The notes under the pieces were generated by a model. It made no database searches. It was given only the letters and a program-made list of their open reading frames with translations, and was not told the DNA's origin. A DNA stretch of 58,139 nucleotides, the filler included, from Platydemus manokwari (taxonomy: Eukaryota), in NCBI GenBank assembly GCA_037951405.1. It is 5 parts of 5 records of this genome, joined end to end, with 100 filler letters (N's around TTAATTAATTAA, not from the genome) between each part and the next. Parts side by side here need not be neighbours in the genome. Positions count along the whole stretch, not along the records: positions 22,007 to 35,592 come from JBBMOY011679178.1; positions 35,693 to 45,431 come from JBBMOY011211656.1; 3 more parts are not named here. One strand, given 5' to 3'. The translations under genes and the position numbers were made by a program. Below, piece by piece: positions 26,488 through 38,455 of the stretch (position 1 is the first letter of the stretch; every line of letters starts with the position of its first letter).

Positions 26488-26514
26488 TGTCACAAATGGT
26501 GACGAAAGTGATGA
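26488..26514 (+). promoter_or_regulatory. Putative LTR 3' end (TGTCACA) and primer-binding site (TGGTGAC...)
   Basis: tgtcaca-aa-TGGTGACgaaagtgat upstream of gag, with AATAAA and T-rich U5-like sequence before it. Only a partial match to a tRNA-Trp-type PBS. Confidence 0.4.
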
Positions 26515-27229
26515 GGAAGAGCACATACCAAAATAGTAAATACCTATAGAGAATAAAGGTCGAATACCAAAATAGAAATATCAAAAAGAAACATGAAATA
26601 ACCCTAACGACACATGTCCTGGAACAAGATAAACGTGAAAGAGAAAAAGGCTCAAGAAACAAAGGGAAAAAATAGATTTCAGTAAAAAGAAGGTTCCAAG
26701 CAAAAATATATACCCAAGATTTAAACCAAGAAGTAAAACACATTGGTAAATGGACAAATAGACTGCAAATCTGAACAGCTGAAGGAGAATCAATTCAATC
26801 TCAAAAGCAAGAAAACGTTGAAAAATTTGATATATTAAATAATTTTACTTTTGGGCAGGTAATATCGACTTCATACGTGTAACTGATGTCCTTTAGAAAA
26901 ACAATAATTCTGTAATAGTTATATGGAAGAAGTTTAAGTGAAGAAAGAACCATACAAGACAAGGAAGAACGGAAATCGTTTTATTTTAATGAAATTATCA
27001 TAAGTCAAATTTCGAAATTATGATGAATTCGTCCAAAAAGGTTGTGTATTGATTATTGTGGTGGTATATTAATTAATATACGCTATATTGGAGTCAGGAG
27101 GTTTGTTATTCATTATTATTCAATAATTGTTTAGTGAGCCCTCATTCGAACACTTTTACGATTATGTTTTCAGAGGACCAGGATTCAGAGAACCAGTCTT
27201 CTTCAGGTCAACAGTCAATTCAACACTAG

Positions 27230-27955
27230 ATACGACTGGTTCCGCAAGCAAGTTTTGCTGGTTGCCAAAAGCTTCCTGTCGAACAGTACGCTGGAGACCC
27301 AGTTGACTTCGTGGATTTTATGATTGATTATTTTATGTATGCATCCGCATACGTTTGGTCTTAAAAGGATGATGATCCAAAGAGTTTCTCTTTATTTAAA
27401 AGACACAGAAAGAGAAGCCTACAATTAAATCGACAGACGAAACATTGCCCAACGCACAGGAATGAAAGACGCCTTATCAGAGAAGCTAATCAGTGGTGAC
27501 GTTGGTCGCATTATCCGTCAAAAATTCTTCTCCAGATTGCAGAAAACAGGTGAAAGTGCAGGCTATTTTGAGTACCATCTATCAACACCTGCGGAAAAGA
27601 CATTCGGACCGAAAGCGGAGTGGCCAGCACAAACGCGAAAAGTGGTCAGGATCAATTTTTGAAAGGAGTGCATTAATACATTAGTACAGCGCTCAGCCTC
27701 GTCGATTATACCACCTACGGTGAACTCATCAAAAAAGCTATGATGGTGGAAATGAACTCCAAATCGATAATTCACCAGCCTGTCACATATGCCACAGAAA
27801 CAGATCTCTCTTTTATGGGTAAAATTGAAAGGCCATCACCCACGAAATCTATCGACAATACTTATCCAAAATCCACTCGATAATTCACAAAATTATGTCA
27901 ATCGTCAGTCAGCGACTCTCCAAAGAAGCTGCAAGGGGTGACGTGCTTTAAATAC
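27230..27955 (+). pseudogene. Ty3/Gypsy gag remnant
   Basis: EQYAGDPVDFVDFMIDYFMYASAYVWS..IRQKFFSRLQKTGESAGYFEYHLSTPAEKTF..FLKG. The RxQxxGES motif is typical of retrotransposon gag. Ends at the start of a Zn knuckle (GVTCFKY). Confidence 0.75.
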
Positions 27956-27959
27956 AATC

Positions 27960-28945
27960 GAAATGACGATTATGACAATAGTGATGAGAATTTTGATGAT
28001 GATGAGAGTAATATAAAATTTAGGAGTTGGAAAATAAAAGTGGAGACTTGTATGATACGTTTTGAGAAAAAAGTTTGGAATAAGGTGAGGAACAGCTGTA
28101 TAATTTCTAATTTATGCGGAATTGAAAATGAATTATGTTCGTTTATGTCGTCGTAGCTTTTGAGGAGTAGGTCACTTAATTAATTATTTGTGAAGGTAAT
28201 GACGGAAATGTTATATTTTATAGCAGTGTCTTATAAAGGAAAAAATTTTGAGATTTTTTTTGAAAATCGGGTAAGAAATTTGATTAAAGTAAAGCTAGAT
28301 TCTTTTTCAAGAGTTCGAGATATTAGAAGCCAAATTGTTGGAGGAGATGCCCCACTTACGTTTTTGAATCAAATTCTACGTGATGATGATTATGTGATGT
28401 ATAGGAGAATGGAGGAACTCTGCAGAAATGTTATCGCAGGTGACTACGCCTTTAAAGGAAGAGCCATTGAATTTTAGCGAAATAGTGAAAATTTTGGAAA
28501 TTATCAAGAAAAATATATCAATGTTTCGTAATTTGAGTGAGTTAATATATTTGTTAGTACTGTATATCGAACAATTTTTACCTATTAATTCTACTTTCAG
28601 AAGTATTTTTACATTATGTGGGAAAATGTGAAAAAGGAAAGTTTAAATCCACCTCTGTTTGAGATCAGTTTGATGAAATCAGGAGTTGAAATGGGGAATT
28701 TCAAAGAGCATTGGTGTACAAAGGCAAAGAGAATCTTAAGAGAGATTTCAGAAAAGTTGAGAAATGAAGTAGTTATTATCTTATCATATTGTAGTCAAAA
28801 TTTAGATGATGAATATTTGTTGAATTACAAATGTGTTACTGAAAAAGCACATAAAATTAACGTTGCAGTTCATTACGAGCAAGGCATTATTAATGAGAAC
28901 GTAGATTATGAACGAGCCAATTTGCATAAAAATGATTTTACATAG
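27960..28945 (+). pseudogene. Unknown ~320-codon decayed ORF (ORF X) between gag and glycoprotein
   Basis: ORFs 27938-28156 and 28190-28477 share a frame and chain by frameshifts into 28428-28631 and 28616-28945. No motif recognised. Confidence 0.55.
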
Positions 28946-29137
28946 GACATTTAAGAGGCAGGATTTAACTTGTCACTTCATCAAGATTTTGATACTTCTA
29001 ATATTAATCATAATCATACAGACATTGTTATTTAAAAGAAAAACATGGAATTTAATGAAATTAAACTAATTAATAATAAAAATTGAATATATTTTATGAA
29101 ATCAAAAAATAGGAAAAGTAAAATATTAAGAAGTGGA

Positions 29138-30900
29138 ATGTTGTCTTTAAACTTTTGGAGCAAAGCCCTAATTTTTATGATGATAATAATATTCGGCATC
29201 GTTTGCGTACCATTGCTCTAAAGCAGATATGGGAAAAATTCATTGATTGATTGAACGGAATGACCAGAAGTATATCTGATCAAAATCTCTAGTGGTGAAA
29301 ATGAGCATTATTTTTTATATCAGGAATCGAATTTTATTAGAGTGCAAGTAAACGAATGCGTCTTTAAGAAGACAACTTTTGTTTTTCACTGTGCTGATCA
29401 TGATGAAGGCGATCTCCAGGCCATTAGAGATAGACACTGACAACTGCGAATCCGCTTTTCAAACTGAAAAAACAAAAATAGACACTAAAATTAAATTATC
29501 AGAAAAAAGAGGTTATATCATGAGGGAATCCATTGTAGTTAGAGGATCCGTAGAAGCAGATGGAGAATGTAAGGGAGAACCAGATAATTTTTCTGGACAA
29601 ATTGTTGATAAATCTGTAGTAATTTAGGAATATTCCGTCGAAATAAGACAATGGGAAAGCGTATTTGATGAACTGAATAGAGAAATGCAAACTCATCCAT
29701 TATGTAACTCAAAACACAAAAGTTGTCAAACCGGTGAGTCAGTATTAGTATATAACGAAAGGTCACAAGACTGTAATTTGGTATTTTTAAAAGAAACTAA
29801 TTTAATGGAAGTTAAGGGTGAACAAGTAAATGAAGTTATTGACAACTTACCTTCCGATCGAACACCTAAGGGCAAAATAAGGCCTTTCCAGTAAAACCGA
29901 AACGAACCCCAACTCTTTTGATATCAACTTTGACTGAAGACGGAATGTGCTTTATCAGAATAGATAGTGGCAAAACGTGGTAAATTTGTGTATCAGAACA
30001 ACTATAAAGGATTATATGTATCGAAAACAAAACTAGAAAGTGCTAAAGAAAAAGTCTATAACGGTGATATATAATTAGCACAATATTTTAATAATAATTT
30101 AGACTATACTTTTCATTTCGGACAAAATACAGTTGCTAATATATATCAAGAAGTTATATTAAACGATTGCAAACTAAACCGAGAAATTTTTCGCAATAGA
30201 ATGGCGATTGTGTAAACAAATCCAAGTGCAGCAGCGCTTATGCTGGTTGCCGAAAATGGAATATTTGGTTGCGTTTTAGGTGAGGCACTATATAGCTACA
30301 AATGCAAAGCAATCTAAGTCCAAATAATGAAACACGAGACTTGCACATACGAACTTCCAATCAATGTCGAAGGAAAACTACATTTTATGGAACCGACAAC
30401 TCGAATCATCTTAGAAGAAGGAACAAAACGAAAGAATTTAGAATACAAACCTATTTTAGCACCGATATACAGAATAACGACCGATCAATGGATTGCGCTG
30501 CCAAATAGAAATATAGTTAGAACTAAATTGAAATATTTAATAAATTTTACAGCTCTAAATAATTTAGCTGCTACTGGAATGTATTCACCGTAGAACTTGG
30601 AGGAAGTCAGACGTAACCTACTTTTCCCTTCAAATAGAGAACGAGTAATAACAGAATTAGTTAATACTATTCTACCAAAGAGAAGCCGTCAAGCCAATTA
30701 TGAATACTTGCTAGGCGTATATAACAATATAACATTGTAGGCAGTTTGTAGAAATTAATTTTAGGACGTATTCCATTCTTAGCTAAATTTTTTATAATCA
30801 ATCATCGATATGAAGAAATGAATAATATAAAATCTGAAATGAGAAATAAAAGGAAAGTAAGATTTAGTGCATCTTCGATTTCAGAAGACACTATCATATG
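29138..30900 (+). pseudogene. Chuvirus (Jingchuvirales)-type envelope glycoprotein, near full length, pseudogenised
   Basis: Colinear motifs: signal-like MLSLNFWSKALIFMMIIIFGI, AYHCS, VQVNECVFKKTTFVFHCADH, RGSVEADGECKG, IYQEVILNDCKLNREIFRN, GEALYSYKC, CTYELPI..FMEPTTRII..GT..PILAPIYR..W, LAATGMYSP*NLEEVRRNLLFPSNRERV. Confidence 0.82.
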
Positions 30901-31399
30901 ATGAAAATAATGATTTTAACGCAAGGGACGATAAAAATATTATCACAAATTCAGACATATCGGTACCAAATTGGGAAGATTAACGAACCTTATTAAAATC
31001 AGAGCGTTTACAAAAGGAAAACAAATCACATTTTAATGAATTCCTGCCGGTAATATCTGAATGAAAAAAATTAATTAAGAAATTTCGATTTTTCTTTCTC
31101 TTACGGTGACATTAGAACAATAATAATAATAAATAAATAAATAAAATTAATCAAACTTAATTCCACTACGAGCAATGAGAATCAGTGGACTGCTCGATGA
31201 AAATTAATTTGGATTTAAAGTTTCTTTTATTATGTTCAATGCCAGAGAATGTCAGATTTATAAATGGTAAAATATGAATTAAAAATATATTGAATATTAA
31301 GCTCGTATTTCAGTATCAAAAAAATTTGTTGAAAAATGTATTATTAATATATACAACAAATAGAAGTAAAGAAGGAAGACGGCAACAGGGAGAGAAAGG

Positions 31400-33880
31400 A
31401 TTGACAAATGTATCAAACTGCATATAGTAGCCAACGTAAAAAAATTGATTGTAACGGTACAGATTGAAATGTTATGGGATTCTGGTGCATCGATAACAGT
31501 AATGAATGAGGCCAATTGGAGACCCGCAGATTAAAAATTCGGATGTTCGATTAGCTGGGTATTCTCCAATACACACAAATCCTGTCTAGGAAAATGAGGA
31601 TCCCAATAGTTTGGAACAACAAAATTCTAGTAAAGGAGATCATTGTATTAAAAGAAATATCATCAGGATTTATCGGAGGAGTTGATATGATGAAGACTTG
31701 CGGAATAGTCCTTGCGGGGATAAAATCAATTGATGCCGAGGATATGGGAAAGAAATACTGCGAACAAGACAGAATCGAAATGGCACTGAAGAGTATTGCT
31801 GATAAAAACGATATTTCATTGAATAAATGTATAAAAGAAAATGGCTCAATTTTTATGGTTTCTCGGTTCGATTTGGGACTAACAGATTTGGTGAAGCACG
31901 AGATCCGTACAAAATGGTAACCTATTGCTTAAAATCCCAGAATGCAGTCAATAAATTTAGAAACCAAAATTCATGAATTGATAGAAAATCTTCTTGAAAG
32001 AAATGTCATAACACCTTGAAAGAGCCCTTAGAACTCTCCTTCGGTCGTGGTTCCTAAGATGGATCGATCAGGCTGTTTAGACTTCAGAAAGTTAAACGAA
32101 CAGACTGAGGAGTATTCTTTTCCAGTACCTGATATCCACACGTTATTGGACTCAGTGTATGGAGCGACAGTTTTCACCACGATAGATTTAGGCCAAGCAA
32201 ATTATCAGGTCGAACTTGAGGAAGATTTTAAAATGAAAATGGCGTTCAGCACTAGAACTGGGCAGTCCTGTTTTAACAGACTACCTGTTGGATTATGTAC
32301 CGCGCCAGAAAGTTTTCAGTGTCTAATGAATACTATATTCAAGGACTTGATTTACAAGGGAGTTCTGGTTTATCTGGACGATATTTTAGTGTATGGAAGA
32401 ACGGTAAAGGAACACAATGAGAAACTTGAAAAGGTATTCAGGTTGAATAAATCACCAGGTTTGAAAATCAATCCCGAGAAATGTATTTTTGGCACTAGAA
32501 AATTGAATTCCCTGGGTCATACGGTCAGTGCAGATGATATAAACTAATGACAACAAAGTAAAAAAGATTAAGGAAGCAATTAGACCTGGTTGCATTACTC
32601 AGTTGAGGTCGTTCCTAAGATTATGCAATTATTACAGAAAATTTATCAAGGATTAGGCATTAATTACGGCTCTGTTATATGCAATGATGACTGGAAGTGA
32701 CAAGAAATTGGAGTGGACTACAGAGTGAGGAAAGTTTTGCAAACCTTAAGGAGCTATTATGCACTGCTCCAATTTTGGCCTTTCCGAATCCAGACATCGA
32801 CGCTGGTTTCGGAGTGATTGGGGGCCTTCTAATCCAGGTGGATGACAATGAAAAAGAGAGAGTAGTAGCCTTTGGTTCTAGAACTCTTAACAGTCACGAA
32901 AAAGAGCTTTTGTCAATCCACGAGTTCACTATGCATTTTAAACATTATCTATTGGGAAAGAAATTTGTGACTCGCACCGATCACAGAGCCTTGACATCCA
33001 TGAAGAAAACTAACAAACCGATTAACCTTCAATTTTAAACATGGTTTGTAAACTTATCCGGATACAGTTTCGAACTTCAATTTATTACAGCCCTGTTATA
33101 TGCAATGATGACTGGAAGTGACAAGAAATTGGAGTGGACTACAGAGTGTGAGGAAAGCTTTGTAAACCTAAAGGAACAATTATGCACAACTCCAATTTTG
33201 GCTTTCCCAGATCCAAACAAAGAGATTATTTTAGATACCGACACTTGTTTTGGAGCGATTGGGGGTGTTCTAAGCCAGTTGAATGATAGTGGAAATGAGA
33301 GAGTATTAGCGTATGCTTCTAGAACTCTTAACAGTCATGAAAAAGTATTTGTGTCACGATGAAAGAGCTTTTGGCAATTCATGAGTTCATTATGCATTTT
33401 AAAGGATCAGACTTTCAAGGATATGCAAAACATTTTGTTCACAGTGCTTAATTCAGAACCAAGATGCTAAAGAAGGTAAACCATTGAGTCGATTTATTAA
33501 TGTTGTCGATCATTCAATTGCACATAATGACGAATTAAGGAATATTTAACTAAAGGATACTGTCGTTAGTTCTATTCTAAAATGGTTACAGAAAACAGAA
33601 ACATGAGTCAATTTAGCGGTCAGATAAACAGTTTAGAGAAATACCAATTGTTAGAATATATGATGTTGTATAATGAGAATTGTAAGAATTGAATTGTTGT
33701 CCCAGAGATTCATTCGAAGAATATAACGAGATACCTTCATGAGTAGTTGTGCCATATCGGTAATAAGAAATTGGACGATTACATTCAAAAGATTTACTTC
33801 TGGACAAATATGTCACGAAGCATTGAACACGAGGTACGGAATTGTGATATTTGTACTAAACGGAAAGTATACACTAGACG
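31400..33880 (+). mobile_element. Ty3/Gypsy pol remnant (PR-RT-RNaseH-INT N-terminus), frameshifted, RNase H region duplicated
   Basis: Protease LWDSGASITV. RT LDFRKLNE, FNRLPVGL, YLDDILVYG. RNase H ILDTDTCFGAIGGVLSQ and TRTDHRAL. Integrase Zn region IVVP..LHE..HIG..CDIC. Domain order is Gypsy/BEL type and the motifs are Gypsy-like. Confidence 0.92.
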
Positions 33881-34149
33881 GTAATTGGACACTATGAATT
33901 AATTCCAATAGAGAAAATAATGGGGATTGAATACGAGGAGACAATTCTAAATGGAATAATAATGGGAAAGTGACTGGAATCCCAATGATAATGATTAAGC
34001 ATATCAAAATAGCAAGAGACGAAGGAACGATAGAAACAATTGGAATAACAGTGAATATAAGAACAACATACCAAATTAGAGAAAAGAAGTCTCATCGAGA
34101 AAAGTTAAAAGAGTTGGGGTTTTGAAAAAATCAAATGTTAAAAATCCAA

Positions 34150-34959
34150 TGTGACAATAACCCGGATATATCGAATCCATACTGTATATTTTGTGTATGT
34201 CATTTTTTGTTATTTGAGTATGATATTATGATCAAAAGCTCGTATTTGTATTTATGTACAAAAGTAGCAATTTTTATTTTAATAATATTCATTATTCTGA
34301 AAAGTCTTTAATGGTTATTTATAGCTAAAAGTAAAAGAATAAAACAATAATAAAGAAAAAGAAATAAAATAAAAACTATTGCAAGAGACAAAATTTTATT
34401 TAAAATAAGTTCCTAGTAACTAATAAATTACCCGCATTAAATGTCAAAAATTCACCCTAACAATTTCCACACAATGAAAGTCCTTATGTCAAAGTTAATG
34501 ACCCGCTTTAAAAAATCCTTTGAAATAAAATAATAAGACCTGCATTTTAATGGAAATTAGATCTGAATAAAATCAGTATAAATAGGTTCATAACATCAGT
34601 AGCATTGCTCCATTATTAGAAACCACTAGTGATAGTGCGTTGTTATACGACGACGAAACATTCAAGTTACCAGCCGTGAAAGCCAGTCAGATTCTCGCCA
34701 ATATTCTCAGAAGTGGATACCAAGTTGACATTCTATTCTGAAAAATCATAGCCCAAAATAGGAGAAGTAACAGTAAGATCGATAACTGTAAAATCACACA
34801 TTATTTATAATAACCGCATATTCTCCCTATTTATCGGGTTAATCCCAACCATCTTGAACAATCGGTTTTACTTCTCTTGTGAGCATTATAACCTGAGCTT
34901 TTTCCAGAATAAGAGAGAAGAATTAAAACCGCATTAGGGCTTCAAAATAGATTGTCATA
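34150..34959 (+). repeat. LTR-like segment (TGTGACA...TGTCATA) with internal TATA-like gtataaatagg
   Basis: Starts with the reverse complement of the 26488 terminus and lies 3' of pol. No clear identity to the 5' LTR candidate was seen. Confidence 0.3.
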
Positions 34960-35592
34960 GATAAAGAAAACAAAATACACAACATCATTTTTTAAATTTA
35001 TAAATTATTATTAAAAATTATTTTTCAAGAGGGAATCATTTTGTTTTAATGTTTGCTTTTTATTTTTTTATAATTAGATGATTTTTAAAATATATTAATT
35101 TAAAAAATTTAGAATGATCAAAGGAATTTTATTTTATTATAATTATTTTAGATCAATTATTTTAATAAACTATTATGAAGAGGATTATCTGAAGAGACAA
35201 GAATTACAAATTTCAAAATATGTTGCTAATAATAAAAGACAAATTTATTCTTCCGTTAAAATTACAGGAACGTGAACATTTTTGCCAGGAAGTGATCAAC
35301 GCGAACCAAGTTTTTAATAGAAATTTTATGGAAGAAATTAAAATGGTAAAACATAAAATAAAAGAAAATATGAGAAAAAAATTAAAGAAAACTATTAAAA
35401 AGGAAGAAGTTGAGAAATATTTAAAGACATGATTCAAAATCGTAGTGATATGGATGAAGAGATTTATTATGAAAATTCAAAGACAATTGAAAATATAATT
35501 TCTAGTTTAGAAACAGCCATAATCAGGGAGAAACGATTAGAAATAAAATGTTAAAAATAAAATATACATTAGAAGCCTTCTAAATAAATTAA

Positions 35593-35692
35593 NNNNNNNN
35601 NNNNNNNNNNNNNNNNNNNNNNNNNNNNNNNNNNNNTTAATTAATTAANNNNNNNNNNNNNNNNNNNNNNNNNNNNNNNNNNNNNNNNNNNN
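35593..35692. other. Assembly gap with artificial linker
   Basis: N44-TTAATTAATTAA-N44. Confidence 0.97.
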
Positions 35693-37609
35693 TAATAATA
35701 ACAAGAATAATAATATTTATGATAATAATTTTACAATTCAAAAGTTAAAATATTAGCAACATGTGGTTTGGCACCAATCCATTTTCGTCGATTATAAATA
35801 ACTTAAATCATTTTGAAAATAATAAATCAATTCATATTGATTTGATTAATAAAACAAAAAAATCAATAAAATAATTTATAAATATAATTCCACCAATACA
35901 TTTATATGGGTACATTTAATTTTACGTATAAAAATGTGATTGGAAGAAGGAAAAATTGTAAGATGAAAATACAAGCCAACTGAATTGAAAAAGTAACTTC
36001 AAGTTTATAACAATCAATGAAATAGAAACGATATCTCCATACATATATTGTTGGTTTATTGAAATAACTGATATCTGGTAAAGAGATCACATGATGCTGA
36101 TTATGAGGCAAACATTGATGTCTCAACATGACGAGTAGTTTAGCTTATTGAATCCCAAGTAAACAATAATAAAACAACAACTGTAAATGGATGGAATATT
36201 TAATTATCAATACTCAGTGTTCCATTCAAACTGCTACATTACATTGTTTTAATAAGCACTATTTGTTTAAATTAAAGATTTGGCCCTGAAATTTTATAAA
36301 TCCCCCAATATCAGTGAGAGGGTTCTGAAGATCCAATCAAAAAGAAAAGGTTTTTTCTTCCTCGAAATTGGAAGTGGTTATAAAATCAAAAATAATGGAA
36401 TTGGAAACCGATATCATTAGGGAAACATAAACTGGATAAAAAATTGTCATTGTTTCTACGAGCGCTAATTGAGTAACAAAAATTGTTTCTCCATTATTAT
36501 TTTTTTAAAGAATTTTCTAGGGGATATGACAGATGGATTATGTTGGGACTGGCAAATAGTGAGGACTGGCATAATCTACGATCTAATTTTTTCCTTAAAC
36601 TGTCAAAGCATATCTTGATTAAAAATATTTAGATTTCACAGACTTTAATCCCATGTGTATCGATTTTATAGATGTATGTATCGAATATTATGAAACTTAA
36701 TATTCCCATGATATATTAAATGCAGAAAATCTTTGCTGGAGAATTTCCATTCCATTGGATCCATCATTAATAAACTTATAAAAATAATACAATAATAAAT
36801 GATAATAGTACATCCTTTAGATTCATTAATGATTATGCACCTAATAATAATTATTAATATAATATTTGTAATAATATTTATTAAAATATGGATTATTTGA
36901 GATCTGGAATTGTTCAGCAAGTTATTTAGGAACCATATACCTAGTCACTGGCCATATCAACTTTCAACCAATGAAATTTAGGCACACACACAACTACAAG
37001 CAAAATGATTTATACAAGCAGAAACAATGGCTCAGATTGTAAGATTTGTGTGTGCAGAGAAATATCACGCAAAATTATTACAATCATTACAAAATTACAA
37101 TGGAACAACTTAATAATAATCACTGTAAAATGCAACAAATAAACGGACAATAATAATTCAGAAATAAAGAATGTTTGATGTTATTAATATGGATTCCATA
37201 TTTCATCAATGATCGATACAAATTTCTTTGAAATCATTTCGGAATATCCGATTTCATTCCCAACGCTAGGCAGCCGTACAAATCAAACTTGTGAAGCTTT
37301 TGGTTTTAATCAATGGTTAATTATTTGGTACACAAATTCTAAATTTGAGATTTAATATCATTACTGGCACAACAACTAGAATCATGTTTTTTGTTACAAT
37401 TTTTTGTTGTATTAACGCATAATGAATCCAGTGATTCACACTACTGTTAAACAGTCAAGCCACAAAATATCAATTCAAACAAGATGGTTTTGATGATTTG
37501 AAAGTACATCTTGTGAAGAAATCCGATTTTGGTGGAATATTTAATATTTAAATATATAAAAGCATGAAATGATTGGATAAATTTTTTTTAAAAATTCAAT
37601 ATATACGGC

Positions 37610-38030
37610 AATTAAAATAAAATCGATAAATATAAAATAACATAAAATCAATAAATATTTAAATAATCAATAAATATAAAAATCAATATAAAAGTAAACG
37701 AATAAAAAATTTTAAAATTCAGTGTATAAATAAATAAAAATATAATCGATAAAAAAGAATTAATATAAAATCAATAAATACTTAAATAATCGATAAAATT
37801 AACGAAATATTTTTCAAAATCCAATATATAAATAAATAAAAATCAATTAAAATAAAATCAATAAATATTTAAATAATCAATAAATATAAAAATCGATATA
37901 AAATAAAGAAACAAATGAATGAATAGAAATTGTTAAAATTAAATGTACAAATAAATAAAAATAAAATCGATAAATATTTTAAAAATCAATAAATATAAAA
38001 ATCAGTAAATATAAAATCAATAAACATAAT
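37610..38030 (+). repeat. A-rich degenerate minisatellite (aaaatc[a/g]ataaata units)
   Basis: Repeated aaaatcaataaatatttaaataatcaataaatataaaaatc blocks. Confidence 0.8.
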
Positions 38031-38391
38031 AAATGAAAATATAAATTATTGTAATCATCAAATCTATTTCATTTCCAAACTCCAAATCACACAATCATTC
38101 GAACATCATCATCGTCATGCTGGCACAAAGCCAAATATTAAAAATTCACAAAAATCATTTTTGATAAACTCAAACACAAATAAAAATGCAATATATTTTC
38201 AGTTCGATATCGAAAAACAAAACGAAAACAAAACTGAAATACAATATTTGAAAACATTTTCATCACTATATACATTTGTTTTGTTGACACGACAATAATG
38301 ACGTTGGAACGATTATATATTTTCACTGTTCGGAAAGAAAGTGCTATTTTATCGATATAATTATCTTTATGATTAAACCATGTATTTTGTC

Positions 38392-38419
38392 AATAATAAT
38401 AATAATAATAATAATAATA

Positions 38420-38449
<30 letters not shown>
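38392..38449. repeat. Perfect (AAT)n/(ATT)n palindrome, ~58 bp
   Basis: AAT tract switches directly to its reverse complement at 38420/38421. Confidence 0.9.
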
Positions 38450-38455
<6 letters not shown>

